Positions 1-10,330 of a DNA stretch of 64,000 nucleotides are shown here, piece by piece. Position numbers and translations under genes: made by a program. Origin of the DNA: Bacteroidia bacterium (GTDB taxonomy: Bacteria; Bacteroidota; Bacteroidia; NS11-12g; UBA9320); NCBI GenBank assembly GCA_016779945.1, contig JADHMR010000001.1:13750-77749 (forward strand). Direction: 5' to 3'. Within the stretch, counting starts at the first letter, position 1. Every line of letters starts with the position of its first letter. The notes under the pieces are model-generated. The model was not told the origin of the DNA, ran no database searches, and saw only the letters and a program-made list of their open reading frames with translations.

Positions 1-164
1 CCAGAATTAACAAACTTGAATGCTCCAAACATATTGCCATGATCCGTTAGAGCAACAGCTCTCATTCCATCCGCTTTTGCTTTGGCGAACATATCGTCAA
101 TAGGTGAGGCACCATCAAGAAGAGAAAACTGGCTATGGCAATGTAAATGTGAAAATGAAGGCAT
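1..164 (-). CDS. dnaE: DNA polymerase III alpha subunit, N-terminal PHP-domain fragment (5' end of gene; the rest lies upstream of the window)
   Basis: Reverse-complement translation of 164..1 gives MPSFSHLHCHSQFSLLDGASPIDDMFAKAKADGMRAVALTDHGNMFGAFKFVNS. This matches the PolIII-alpha PHP N-terminus (HxH...LLDGA...ITDHG). ATG at 162-164. Confidence 0.75.
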   Translation of the reverse strand, partial: MPSFSHLHCHSQFSLLDGASPIDDMFAKAKADGMRAVALTDHGNMFGAFKFVNS

Positions 165-263
165 TTTTTATTTGTTAATACAAGTATAGTTTAAATATGA
201 TTTAATGATTTAAGATTTTGTTTAACTCCATAGGTATATCAGCTAGATAGTTTTATTATTGTT

Positions 264-1247
264 TTGATTTTTAGCAGTTTGAAAAAGCTTCTCCAATACC
301 TTAACAAATTTTACACAGACCACTTTAGTTGGAAGGAGTTCGTAATTGCTCTTATCTTCATTGTTGGATTTTGTTTTCTTAAGTACTTTAAATACATCCC
401 CCATCATAATGGTAACATATCACTGCTAACCAGTTGGTGGTTTAAAGCATATTACAATGATCTCAAATTCCTGTTTCATGTTATATTATACTTGTCACCA
501 CTCCTCATTGGCTATTTTGTGAGCAGTATGATTCATAAAAATTGGATTTTTTGGAAAAATCCAAAATTTATAACACTTGTAATTTTCGGTGTACTCATAT
601 TTTCTTTCAGAAGTTCTATATCTTTTTTTGTAAGTGATTGGTTAGCTCAACATTCAAATTATGCTCATGTAGATTGGCTAAATCGGATTATCGGAACCAT
701 AGCCAGGGGTCTGTTTGTGTTTTTGACTTTATTCATCTACTGGACCTTTACAGATAAAAAAAATCAACCTTTTTATGGGTTTACATCTAAAAATTTTGAT
801 TTCAAACCCTATCTAGTCATGTTGGCCTGTATGGTCCCACTGATTGCAGCTGCGAGTACTCAAGCCGATTTTTTAACATCCTACCCTCGAGTACAACGAC
901 TCCAATCCATCGATATAACCATACCTGGTCATCTAAAATTTTATGCCATTTATGAAATTTTATACGGACTTGACTTTTTTACCATTGAATTCTTTTTCAG
1001 AGGTTTTATGATTTTGGCATTTGTTGGTATTGTTGGACCAAAAGCAATTATACCCGTAGCATATATGTATGTAGTAATTCATTGGAACAAGCCAATGGGA
1101 GAACTAATCAGTTCTTTCTTTGGAGGTAGTTTGTTGGGAATAATTTCCTACTATAGTAAATCCATATGGGGAGGAATCATTGTACATGTTGGGATTGCCT
1201 GGATGATGGAAATTGGTGCATTCATTAGTAAATATTTTTTTCCATGA
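264..1247 (+). CDS. Polytopic membrane protein, probably a CPBP-family (CAAX protease/Abi) intramembrane protease
   Basis: Many hydrophobic segments. EFFFRGF resembles CPBP motif 1 (ExxxR), and YVVIH and IVHVGIAW resemble the later His motifs. Start is TTG at 264 and the first in-frame ATG is far downstream, so the start is uncertain. Its stop overlaps the recG ATG (ATGA). Confidence 0.45.
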   Translation: MIFSSLKKLLQYLNKFYTDHFSWKEFVIALIFIVGFCFLKYFKYIPHHNGNISLLTSWWFKAYYNDLKFLFHVILYLSPLLIGYFVSSMIHKNWIFWKNPKFITLVIFGVLIFSFRSSISFFVSDWLAQHSNYAHVDWLNRIIGTIARGLFVFLTLFIYWTFTDKKNQPFYGFTSKNFDFKPYLVMLACMVPLIAAASTQADFLTSYPRVQRLQSIDITIPGHLKFYAIYEILYGLDFFTIEFFFRGFMILAFVGIVGPKAIIPVAYMYVVIHWNKPMGELISSFFGGSLLGIISYYSKSIWGGIIVHVGIAWMMEIGAFISKYFFP

Positions 1248-3331
1248 ATGAATATTTAGCCTCAGATATAAAATTTCTAAAGGGTGTAGGTTCTACACGT
1301 GCTGAAGTTCTTCAAAAAGAACTTGGGATTTTCCGTTTTACCGATTTGCTAAATTATTATCCATTTAGGTACGTTGATCGTTCTAAATTTTACAAGATAT
1401 CTGAAATTGAATCTGACACAAGTTATATTCAACTTAAAGGTACAATTAAGCATATAGAAGAAGTTGGAGCCCTCAAAAAAAAGCGTTTAGTTGCCACATT
1501 CTCAGACGGTCAGCAAGAAATAGAACTTCTATGGTTTAAGGGCACTAATTGGATAAAAAACACGCTAAAAATTAATGAGGAAATTGTAATTTTTGGCAAA
1601 CCTAACCACTATAAAGGCAGTATAAATTTTAGTCATCCAGAATTAGACACTCTACAAAACCGACTAAACTCTGCACCACTTGAGGCGGTATACCATACCA
1701 CCGAAATGATGAAAACTCGTAGAATTGAAACCAAAGTTATTCGTCAAATTATTAAGAACGCACTAAACCACGAACGATATTCTATACCTGAGATATTCAC
1801 TGATGAATTTTGCAAAAAATATAAATTAATACCCCGAAACAAAGCATTTCAATATATCCATCAGCCCCCAAGTCAACGGCATATTGAAGCCGCACAATAC
1901 CGTTTTAAATTTGAAGAATTATTCTTTTTACAGTTCCCATTCATTCGAAAAAAAATGATTCGAAAAGAAGTTAATCATGGTATTAAATTTACAACCAATA
2001 ACACCTCATATGCTCATTTTATCAATCAACATCTAGCATTCAAATTGACCAATGCCCAAGAGAAGGTGTTGGAAGAAATATCATCCGATTTATATTCAGG
2101 CAAACAAATGAATAGACTTTTACAAGGTGATGTTGGAAGTGGGAAAACCATCGTAGCTTTTTTGACTGTTCTGCGAGCAATAGATAATAATTATCAAGCC
2201 AGTTTGATGGCACCAACAGAAATACTAGCTATCCAGCACTATATTGGGCTGAAAGAATTAGCTGATAAAATTAATATCCAAATTGGGCTTCTAACAGGAT
2301 CTACTCCCAAAAAAGAACGCATAGAACTTCACAAAAAACTGTTATCGGGCGATATCAAACTACTGATAGGAACTCATGCCTTGATTGAAGATACCTTAGC
2401 ATTTAATAATTTAGGACTTGTAATCATTGACGAACAACACCGATTTGGTGTTGCTCAACGGGCCAAACTTCAAAGTAAAGGCATTCAAAATCCTCACGTT
2501 CTTGTAATGACTGCTACCCCTATTCCTCGTACTTTGGCTATGAGTATGTATGGCGATTTAGATTATAGTGTCATTGACGAAATGCCTGCTGGCCGAAAAC
2601 CAATTAAAACAGTTCATCGGTTCGGATTTGCTCGTGAAAAAGTACTGGACTTTGTCAAAGAACAAATCATCAAAGGAAGACAGGCCTATATTGTTTATCC
2701 ATTAATTGAGGAATCAGAAAAATTGCATTACAAAGATCTTAATAACGGCTATGACGAACTTCTGTTATCATTCCCAAGACCAACATATCAAGTAGAAATG
2801 CTTCATGGAAAAATGAAACCTAGTGATAAAGAGGCCAAAATGAAAGATTTTGCTGACGGTAAAACTCACATATTAGTAAGTACTACAGTTATAGAGGTTG
2901 GAATAAATGTACCCAATGCTTCGATAATGATTATTGAGAGTGCCGAAAAATTTGGATTATCTCAACTACACCAGCTTAGAGGAAGAGTGGGACGAGGAGA
3001 CGAACAGAGTTATTGTATACTTCTCAGCAGTAAGAAATTGAGTAGTAATGCAAGAACAAGACTTCAAGCCATGGTTCAAACATCAAGTGGATTTGAGTTG
3101 AGTGAAATTGATATGCAACTACGTGGGTTTGGTGACATTGCTGGTACCAGACAAAGTGGTCTTGACCAATTAAAATTGGCTTCCTTGAATACAGATTCAA
3201 CCATTGCTGAAAAAGCTCGAGAGGCGGTCATCGAAATATTAAGTGAAGATTCTAAACTTTTAAATCATCAAAACTTATATGTTTTCATGAGAGAAAAACA
3301 AGGTTACACAGATTGGGAGAATATTGCCTAA
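1244..3331 (+). CDS. recG: ATP-dependent DNA helicase RecG
   Basis: 695 aa. Walker A GDVGSGKT, DEQHRFGV (DEQH box), the TATPIPRT helicase motif III region and QLRGRVGRG motif VI. The N-terminal wedge domain length fits RecG. Confidence 0.9.
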   Translation: MNEYLASDIKFLKGVGSTRAEVLQKELGIFRFTDLLNYYPFRYVDRSKFYKISEIESDTSYIQLKGTIKHIEEVGALKKKRLVATFSDGQQEIELLWFKGTNWIKNTLKINEEIVIFGKPNHYKGSINFSHPELDTLQNRLNSAPLEAVYHTTEMMKTRRIETKVIRQIIKNALNHERYSIPEIFTDEFCKKYKLIPRNKAFQYIHQPPSQRHIEAAQYRFKFEELFFLQFPFIRKKMIRKEVNHGIKFTTNNTSYAHFINQHLAFKLTNAQEKVLEEISSDLYSGKQMNRLLQGDVGSGKTIVAFLTVLRAIDNNYQASLMAPTEILAIQHYIGLKELADKINIQIGLLTGSTPKKERIELHKKLLSGDIKLLIGTHALIEDTLAFNNLGLVIIDEQHRFGVAQRAKLQSKGIQNPHVLVMTATPIPRTLAMSMYGDLDYSVIDEMPAGRKPIKTVHRFGFAREKVLDFVKEQIIKGRQAYIVYPLIEESEKLHYKDLNNGYDELLLSFPRPTYQVEMLHGKMKPSDKEAKMKDFADGKTHILVSTTVIEVGINVPNASIMIIESAEKFGLSQLHQLRGRVGRGDEQSYCILLSSKKLSSNARTRLQAMVQTSSGFELSEIDMQLRGFGDIAGTRQSGLDQLKLASLNTDSTIAEKAREAVIEILSEDSKLLNHQNLYVFMREKQGYTDWENIA

Positions 3332-3333
3332 AA

Positions 3334-3849
3334 CTACTCTATTAATTTTTTGAGTTTTACATAATTGCCAGCCACATTCTTTTTATGTGTCTCTTCTGCA
3401 TACATTAAAAGTCTTGTTTTTTGACTCAACGATTTCAGGGTTACAATATTTGATACTCGAGTGCGATTACTATCTAAAGCTACAAAAGCTATTTTCTCAT
3501 CCCAATCGAAAAAATCGTTAATTGACCCATGTGTTGAATACAATTTGTTAGCCTCATATAGTAACACCGTTTTATTCATGACCATTGAATTTTCCCCTTG
3601 GAAATATAGTTTGTATTGATCCCCTACTTTAGGAATAATTACATTTTCAGCGGAAAATGAGTCAATCCCCTCGACCCATTGAGGAAGAATAGAAGGATCA
3701 GTCATAGAAGAGAATACCGTTTCAATTGGAGCATTAAAGTCTTCATTAACCTGAAAAGTCAGTTTTGAAGGAGCCATAAATACCAATCCGAAGTAGGACG
3801 CCGCAATGAAAACGATAAAGACGCCTGTGTATTTAAGAAATTTCATCAA
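3334..3849 (-). CDS. Hypothetical membrane-anchored protein, possibly SRPBCC (Bet v1-like) fold
   Basis: N-terminal hydrophobic anchor MMKFLKYTGVFIVFIAASYFGLVF followed by a roughly 145-aa soluble domain. No catalytic motif recognised. Confidence 0.35.
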   Translation of the reverse strand: MMKFLKYTGVFIVFIAASYFGLVFMAPSKLTFQVNEDFNAPIETVFSSMTDPSILPQWVEGIDSFSAENVIIPKVGDQYKLYFQGENSMVMNKTVLLYEANKLYSTHGSINDFFDWDEKIAFVALDSNRTRVSNIVTLKSLSQKTRLLMYAEETHKKNVAGNYVKLKKLIE

Positions 3850-3856
3850 GAAATTA

Positions 3857-4462
3857 TTATTGGGTTAATCTGGCCACGTATTTTCCAAGAACGTCTAATT
3901 CGATATTAACTTTACTCCCAAGCTCTAAAGAATTAAAATTTGTATGTTCATAGGTATAGGGTATTATAGCTACACCGAAATGCATATTATCTACTTCAGT
4001 AACTGTTAAACTAGTGCCGTTAATAGTTATAGAGCCTTTATGGATGATTAATTTATCCGGTGAGTGACCATTGATATCTGTAAATTTATCGTCTAGTCTA
4101 AATTGAAACTCCCAACTACCATCTTTATCACTGATTTGAGATACATGGGCTATACCGTCTACGTGTCCTTGAACAATATGACCATCAAGTCGGTCATTCA
4201 TTCGAATGCAGCGTTCAAAATTCACCTGATCACCAATAGTTAAATCTCCAAGATTTGTTAATCTTAAGGTTTCCTCGATTGCAGTTACTTTGTAGGTGTT
4301 TCCCTCAATTGAAACAACTGTCAAACAAACCCCATTGTGAGCCACGCTTTGGTCTATTTTTAACTCGTGAGTAAGATCACTTTCAAATGTAAAATGAATG
4401 TTTGTTCCGTCTTTTTCTTTATTAACAAGAACTCCTAGAGATTCTATGATACCACTAAACAT
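3857..4462 (-). CDS. ribE: Riboflavin synthase alpha subunit
   Basis: MFSGIIE...VAHNGVCLTV...TNLGDLTIGDQVNFER and a second repeat (INGTSLTV...ELGSKVNIE). This is the duplicated lumazine-binding fold of riboflavin synthase, about 200 aa. Confidence 0.85.
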   Translation of the reverse strand: MFSGIIESLGVLVNKEKDGTNIHFTFESDLTHELKIDQSVAHNGVCLTVVSIEGNTYKVTAIEETLRLTNLGDLTIGDQVNFERCIRMNDRLDGHIVQGHVDGIAHVSQISDKDGSWEFQFRLDDKFTDINGHSPDKLIIHKGSITINGTSLTVTEVDNMHFGVAIIPYTYEHTNFNSLELGSKVNIELDVLGKYVARLTQ

Positions 4463-4469
4463 GGATCAA

Positions 4470-5225
4470 TTACTTAGTAATGCTTCCATCCAAAAATTCT
4501 CTATTCATTCGAGCAATATTACTTAGCGATATACCTTTAGGGCATTCCACCTCACATGCACCGGTGTTGGTACAATTACCGAAACCTTCAGCATCCATTT
4601 GAGCAACCATATTTTGTGCTCTGTCTTTGGCTTCCACCTGTCCTTGAGGAAGTAAGGCATATTGAGAAATCTTTGCTCCTACAAATAACATGGCACTACT
4701 ATTTTTACAAGTAGCTACGCACGCTCCACAACCAATACAAGTAGCTGCATCCATTGCAAGGTCTGCATTTTCTTTTGGGATAGGTGTTGCATTTGCATCT
4801 TGTGTATTACCGCTAGTGTTCACTGAAATATATCCACCCGAATGTTGGATTCTATCAAATGCACTTCGATCAATAACAAGATCTTTAATCACTGGAAATG
4901 CATTTGCTCTAAACGGTTCTATAAAAATAGTATCCCCGTCTTTGAAACTTCTCATATGTAGCTGACAGGTTGTTGTACCTTTCACAGGACCATGAGCTTC
5001 GCCATTAATAAACATTGAACAGCTCCCACAAATTCCCTCTCTACAATCATGATCGAATGCAACTGGACGTTCACCACTATTGATCAGTTTTTGGTTCAAA
5101 ACATCCATCATTTCAAGAAAAGACATATGCTCGGATATTCCCTCTAATTGATAATCAACCATTTGCCCTTTTTCATCTGGGCTATTTTGTCTCCATACCT
5201 TAAGGTTTAAATTCATATCTTTCAT
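4470..5225 (-). CDS. sdhB: Succinate dehydrogenase/fumarate reductase iron-sulfur subunit
   Basis: 2Fe-2S motif [11 protein letters not shown], 4Fe-4[12 protein letters not shown] and 3Fe-4[13 protein letters not shown]. It lies immediately downstream of the flavoprotein gene. Confidence 0.9.
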   Translation of the reverse strand: MKDMNLNLKVWRQNSPDEKGQMVDYQLEGISEHMSFLEMMDVLNQKLINSGERPVAFDHDCREGICGSCSMFINGEAHGPVKGTTTCQLHMRSFKDGDTIFIEPFRANAFPVIKDLVIDRSAFDRIQHSGGYISVNTSGNTQDANATPIPKENADLAMDAATCIGCGACVATCKNSSAMLFVGAKISQYALLPQGQVEAKDRAQNMVAQMDAEGFGNCTNTGACEVECPKGISLSNIARMNREFLDGSITK

Positions 5226-5227
5226 GG

Positions 5228-7243
5228 TTACTTGTATGATCTTTGTTTAAGTTCGATATCGTTAAATTCTAATTTTTCTTTGTGAAGTATGGCCTCACTT
5301 GGAACACCAGTGTATTCCCAAGCAGAGACAAATGCATAATTTTTATCATCTCTTAAGGCTTCTCCTTTTTGCTCTCCGCTTTTCTCAACATATTCCTCTC
5401 TGAAATGTCCCCCACAACTTTCGTTTCGCTCAAGTGCGTCTTTGGCAAATAATTCACCTAATTCTAGGAAATCAGCAACTCTTCCTGCTTTTTCAAGTTC
5501 TTGATTTAGCTCATTTGCCTTACCTGGAACACTTACATTTTTCCAGAAATCTTCACGTAATTCAGCTATTTCTTTTATCGCTTCTTTGAGCCCTTCTTCA
5601 TTCCTGGCCATACCACATTTATTCCACATAATATTTCCAAGCTTTCTGTGATAATAATCTACCGGGTTTGTTCCGTTATTATTGACCAAACTATCTATAC
5701 GTTCTTTAACTTGTTTTTCAGCTTCATCAAATTCTTTAGTGTCTGTTGAAATTTGACCTGTTCTAATATCGGATGAGAGGTAACTTCCTATCGTATATGG
5801 CAATACAAAATAACCGTCTGCCAATCCTTGCATTAATGCTGAAGCACCCAATCTGTTTGCACCGTGATCAGAAAAGTTTGCTTCTCCAATGGCATAGCAT
5901 CCGGGTATAGATGTCATTAAATTGTAATCTACCCAAATACCTCCCATTGTATAGTGAACTGCAGGATAAATCATCATTGGTGTTTCATATGGATCATCTG
6001 CAACGATCTGCTTATACATATCAAATAGGTTTCCATATTTTGCTTTAACAATTGCCTTTCCAAGCTCTTTAATTCTTGATTCTGAGGCATTGTCTTCTCC
6101 TTTTATTGTAGCTTGTTCTTTACCATAACGAACAATTGCAGCTGCAAAATCCAAATAAACTGCTTCTCCTGTTGCATTGACACCATGACCTTCATCACAT
6201 CGTTCTTTTGCAGCTCTACTGGCAACATCTCGTGGCACTAAGTTACCAAAAGCAGGATAGCGTCGTTCTAAATAATAATCTCTATCCTCTTCGCTTATTT
6301 CAGTTGGTTTAAGTTTACCATCGCGAATCGCCTGAGCATCTTCCTTTTTAGCTGGAACCCATATTCTTCCATCATTTCTTAATGACTCTGACATAAGAGT
6401 TAGCTTACTCTGGTAGTCACCGCTTCTTGGAATACAAGTTGGGTGTATTTGTGTGTAGCACGGATTAGCAAAATGAGCTCCACGTTTGTGTGCTTTCCAT
6501 CCAGCAGTAACATTACTGCCCATGGCATTTGTGCTTAAATAAAAAACATTACCGTAACCCCCTGTTCCCAAAACGACAGCATGTGCAGAATGTCTTTCAA
6601 TTTCTCCAGTAACTAAATTTCTTGCAATGATTCCTCGAGCTTTCCCGTCTACAATGACAACATCTAACATTTCGTGGCGGTTGTACATTTTGATTTTACC
6701 TCGAGCGATTTGTCGATTCATAGCAGAATAGGCACCAAGTAATAATTGTTGGCCTGTCTGACCCTTTGCATAGAAAGTTCTACTTACTAGTACACCACCG
6801 AAAGATCGATTATCCAGAAGACCACCATAATCTCGAGCAAAAGGAACACCTTGAGCTACACATTGATCGATAATGTTGGTAGATACTTCTGCTAATCTAT
6901 GAACATTAGCTTCTCTACTTCGATAATCTCCTCCTTTTACTGTGTCATAAAACAAACGGTATACAGAGTCACCATCTCCTTGATAATTTTTCGCAGCATT
7001 AATACCCCCTTGAGCAGCAATTGAATGGGCTCTTCGTGGTGAATCCTGATAACAGAACGCTTTTACGTTGTATCCTTGCTCAGCTAATGTGGCAGCTGCA
7101 CTTCCTCCTGCAAGACCAGTTCCAACAACAATAACGTCTATGTTTCTCTTGTTTGCAGGGTTAACTAAATCAACCTTGTTTTTATAATTTGTCCACTTTT
7201 CACTAATTGGACCTCCTGGTATTTTTCCGTCTAATGTTGACAT
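5228..7243 (-). CDS. sdhA: Succinate dehydrogenase/fumarate reductase flavoprotein subunit
   Basis: FAD-binding N-terminus [15 protein letters not shown]. 671 aa. Conserved HYTMGG and RLGASAL motifs of SdhA/FrdA. Confidence 0.9.
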   Translation of the reverse strand: MSTLDGKIPGGPISEKWTNYKNKVDLVNPANKRNIDVIVVGTGLAGGSAAATLAEQGYNVKAFCYQDSPRRAHSIAAQGGINAAKNYQGDGDSVYRLFYDTVKGGDYRSREANVHRLAEVSTNIIDQCVAQGVPFARDYGGLLDNRSFGGVLVSRTFYAKGQTGQQLLLGAYSAMNRQIARGKIKMYNRHEMLDVVIVDGKARGIIARNLVTGEIERHSAHAVVLGTGGYGNVFYLSTNAMGSNVTAGWKAHKRGAHFANPCYTQIHPTCIPRSGDYQSKLTLMSESLRNDGRIWVPAKKEDAQAIRDGKLKPTEISEEDRDYYLERRYPAFGNLVPRDVASRAAKERCDEGHGVNATGEAVYLDFAAAIVRYGKEQATIKGEDNASESRIKELGKAIVKAKYGNLFDMYKQIVADDPYETPMMIYPAVHYTMGGIWVDYNLMTSIPGCYAIGEANFSDHGANRLGASALMQGLADGYFVLPYTIGSYLSSDIRTGQISTDTKEFDEAEKQVKERIDSLVNNNGTNPVDYYHRKLGNIMWNKCGMARNEEGLKEAIKEIAELREDFWKNVSVPGKANELNQELEKAGRVADFLELGELFAKDALERNESCGGHFREEYVEKSGEQKGEALRDDKNYAFVSAWEYTGVPSEAILHKEKLEFNDIELKQRSYK

Positions 7244-7265
7244 AAAAAATTCTTATTTTTTTTAG

Positions 7266-7961
7266 TTAATGAGGGTGAATATTATAATGGTATATGGCAA
7301 TTATTACAAATCCCAAAGGAATTGCTATTGCAAATAAGTTTCCAAGCTTTTTAATAATTGGAGTATATTTTGAATGGTTAAATCCTACTGTTTGAAATGA
7401 AGACTGGAAACCATGTAGCAAGTGTAAAGAAAGCATCACAAATGCAACAAAATAAAGAACCACACGTATGGGTTGGTGAGCAAATTTAGAGACTAACTCT
7501 TCATGGTATCGAAAATGATCCGATCCGTGACTCATGCCACTCATATCGCCTTGAATGTACTTCGTATTTATCTCTGGCAACCAAAAATCATAAAAATGAA
7601 TCGCTAAAAAGGCAAGTACTGCCAATCCAGAAATAATCATATTTCTACTCATCCAAGTTGCATTAGCACTACCCTTATATTTGGCATATTTTACATCACG
7701 TGCTTGATTGTTTTGATACTCAAGGACCATTCCCCAAGCAAAATGAAACACCACTGAAAATATCAATATAGGTTGAAGGATGTACTGCACAATTGGATTC
7801 GTACCCATAAAATGCGAAACTTCATTGAACATATCTGCATTAACAACAGATAAAAGATTTATGCTTAAATGTTGAAGCAAAAAGAGCATCAAAAAGAACC
7901 CAGTGAGTGCCATTAAGACTTTTCTGCCTATACTCGATAATTTCTGTTTTTTGGTTGACAT
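7266..7961 (-). CDS. sdhC: Succinate dehydrogenase cytochrome b subunit (Bacteroidota three-subunit type)
   Basis: 231-aa polytopic membrane protein with conserved His residues, directly upstream of sdhA-sdhB on the same strand. ATG at 7959-7961. Confidence 0.75.
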   Translation of the reverse strand: MSTKKQKLSSIGRKVLMALTGFFLMLFLLQHLSINLLSVVNADMFNEVSHFMGTNPIVQYILQPILIFSVVFHFAWGMVLEYQNNQARDVKYAKYKGSANATWMSRNMIISGLAVLAFLAIHFYDFWLPEINTKYIQGDMSGMSHGSDHFRYHEELVSKFAHQPIRVVLYFVAFVMLSLHLLHGFQSSFQTVGFNHSKYTPIIKKLGNLFAIAIPLGFVIIAIYHYNIHPH

Positions 7962-8054
7962 ATCTACAATTTAGAACAACAAATTTAACATTGTGTTTAG
8001 AAGGTACTAAACTTTATTTTGATATTAAATCAGTTCTAAGTAAAATTTGTTGCA

Positions 8055-9068
8055 ATGTATAAAATAATACGAAGTTTCTTCTTCTTAATTTCTGCCGAAA
8101 AAGCTCACTACACTACAATGTTTATTTTTAAAAACATAAGTAAGCTACCCTTTGTTTATAACCTATTTCAATTTGAGGATAACCCCATTAAGATTGACGG
8201 TATTACCTACAAAAATCCGATTGGACTTGCAGCAGGATTTGATAAAGATGGAAAGTTTTTAGATGAACTTTACACATTGAACTTTGGATTTGCAGAAATT
8301 GGAACAGTAACTCCAAAACCACAAAGTGGAAATCCAAAACCGCGTTTATTTAGATTGAAAAAAGATAGAGCCCTACTCAATCGAATGGGTTTTAATAACG
8401 AAGGACTCAAAGCACTGAAACATCGCTTAAAAACTTTCAGAAAAAAAGAACGCGATTGCTCGATGAAAATTGGTATAAACATCGGGAAAAACAAAACTAC
8501 TCCAAACGAAAATGCAGTTGATGATTATGTGAAATGCTATGAGGAATTATACGAATTAGCTGATTTTTTCATTGTTAATGTTAGTTCCCCTAATACACCA
8601 AACTTGCGTGAGTTACAAAATAAAGATGAACTTCTAAAGATACTTAATGCCTTATTATCCATTCGATCAAGTCAAGAAGTTTGGAAGCCATTGTATTTAA
8701 AAATAGCACCAGATCTTAGCCTATCACAACTGGACGAAATTATAGCCTTACAGAAAGAAATATCTTTCGAAGGCATTGTCGCTACTAACACCACAATTGA
8801 TCGAACTCTTCTAAAAAACAGTAATCACAAAATTGTTACGGAACTTGGAAATGGAGGAATCAGTGGCCATGTGTTACTGGAATCATCTAACCAAATAGTT
8901 AGACACATCAGGGACAAATCAGATATGACCATTATAGGAGTAGGCGGTATTGAAGATGTACCTTCTGCTAAATCAAAACTTGAAGCTGGAGCAAACTTGC
9001 TAGAAATTTATACTGGATTTGTTTACTCAGGTCCAGGGTTAATCAAGAAAATTGGAAGGTTAAAGTAG
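8055..9068 (+). CDS. pyrD: Dihydroorotate dehydrogenase (quinone), class 2
   Basis: NPIGLAAGFDKDG, a hydrophobic N-terminal quinone-site extension, GFNNEG, and the NVSSPNTP and GVGGI motifs. Confidence 0.9.
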   Translation: MYKIIRSFFFLISAEKAHYTTMFIFKNISKLPFVYNLFQFEDNPIKIDGITYKNPIGLAAGFDKDGKFLDELYTLNFGFAEIGTVTPKPQSGNPKPRLFRLKKDRALLNRMGFNNEGLKALKHRLKTFRKKERDCSMKIGINIGKNKTTPNENAVDDYVKCYEELYELADFFIVNVSSPNTPNLRELQNKDELLKILNALLSIRSSQEVWKPLYLKIAPDLSLSQLDEIIALQKEISFEGIVATNTTIDRTLLKNSNHKIVTELGNGGISGHVLLESSNQIVRHIRDKSDMTIIGVGGIEDVPSAKSKLEAGANLLEIYTGFVYSGPGLIKKIGRLK

Positions 9069-9070
9069 TG

Positions 9071-10018
9071 CTATTTTTCCTTTAGCTTGTTGCCCTTTCT
9101 TCGTTGTCTCTCTGTTACACCTGTATATCTTCTTGGATATTTTTCAATATCCTTGAGTAGAGTCTCCAATTGAGTAACTGTTGAATTAAGATTAACATAC
9201 AACGAATCGTCATACACCAACATACCTAACGAACCATCTTTATTATTGATAGCTTTAGTCGTTTTTGACAACTCTTCAGACAATATTTTTATGCGATTAG
9301 CCAATTGATCAAACTCAACTTTATTAAGATCCTTTGATGTTTTATCAAGTTCTTGGAGAATTGTATCAATTTTTGGAGTTATGCCCCCCAATCCTGCTGT
9401 TGCTTGTTCTACGTTATTAAGAATATTCGCAATTTGAACATCTTTACCATCGAGCAACTTATTTAATTTATCTGCAGTTTCTTTAAAAGACCTAAGGGCA
9501 AGTGAAGCATCTCTTAAAGTACCTCTTAAATCAACACCTGCAATTGCAGTGTCCACATTTCCAAGTACAGAATTTACACTTTTTGTGATTGGTGTTAGAA
9601 CATCACTTACTGCCTGTGCGATACCTTGATCTTGTTGTGCAGTAAAAAAATCACCATTTACAGCCACCTCTTTGCTATCGCCAAAAATAATTTCAATGGC
9701 CTTACTACCAATCATGTCGATATTGACAATCTTCATGATTGAATTTTTAGGGATTTTGATATCTTGAGGCACAATAATACCAACGGTTAGTTCCAATGTT
9801 TCATTATTCATCAGAACGGAGCTAACACTTCCCACTTTGTAGCCATTTACTAAAACAGGATTTGATTTAAATAAACCCTCAATTTTTTTGTACTTACCAT
9901 AGTACTCATTGCTAGATGTAAAAATGTCTTCACCTTTCATGAAATTATATCCTACAGCTAGAATAGTAATGGCAATTGCAGTTAAGACGCCTACTTTAGT
10001 TTCTTTTGATATTTTCAT
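9071..10018 (-). CDS. MlaD/MCE-family protein (outer-membrane lipid asymmetry / MCE substrate-binding component)
   Basis: N-terminal membrane anchor, then an MCE domain (VNGYKVGSVSSV) and a coiled-coil-like C-terminus. No adjacent mlaE/mlaF. Confidence 0.65.
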   Translation of the reverse strand: MKISKETKVGVLTAIAITILAVGYNFMKGEDIFTSSNEYYGKYKKIEGLFKSNPVLVNGYKVGSVSSVLMNNETLELTVGIIVPQDIKIPKNSIMKIVNIDMIGSKAIEIIFGDSKEVAVNGDFFTAQQDQGIAQAVSDVLTPITKSVNSVLGNVDTAIAGVDLRGTLRDASLALRSFKETADKLNKLLDGKDVQIANILNNVEQATAGLGGITPKIDTILQELDKTSKDLNKVEFDQLANRIKILSEELSKTTKAINNKDGSLGMLVYDDSLYVNLNSTVTQLETLLKDIEKYPRRYTGVTERQRRKGNKLKEK

Positions 10019-10330
10019 GATATCTTATATATAAATTGTTGTCTGTACAGACCAACTATTATTGGTCCAAATATAAGGAGAACTTTAACCTATTAGACAT
10101 TATGTTATTGTTGATAATCTTCTTTAATGTAGTTTTTCTCGTTCATTAGGGTCCAATTTTTCATCCAAAGTTTAAAAATCTTATAACGAGTGTTCTAATA
10201 ATATATTTTCCCAAATACCCATTAAGACCTGAATATGTCTTAATTTCTATATACAATAGTGTACTAGAAAATAATCTTATTTAATAAAATTGTTGGATTG
10301 AACGATTATTGCAGTAGGTTATAACTTTTA

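Noticed and set aside
4690-4965. 91-aa + strand ORF inside sdhB (the same applies to the other short antisense ORFs: 8270-8494, 11680-12054, 13618-13945, 15814-16035, 16928-17146, 17471-17668, 18298-18852, 19772-20092, 20821-21012, 23277-23762, 25197-25406, 26341-26703, 27324-27575, 28011-28793, 29676-30125, 31181-31378, 33087-33278, 34466-34684, 35276-35899, 37741-37950, 42918-43290, 44151-44411, 45603-45842, 47310-47746, 52243-52791, 54059-54692, 55843-56037, 56599-57499, 58636-58842, 59476-60188, 62217-62507, 63366-63605)
   Set aside because: They lie entirely within, and antisense to or out of frame with, strongly supported conserved genes. Their sequences are low-complexity with no recognisable domains. 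They are typical shadow ORFs.
3857-7961. ribE co-oriented immediately downstream of sdhCAB as a possible functional operon (flavin supply for SdhA)
   Set aside because: Plausibly coincidental adjacency. There is no sequence-level evidence for a functional link beyond the 8-nt spacing.
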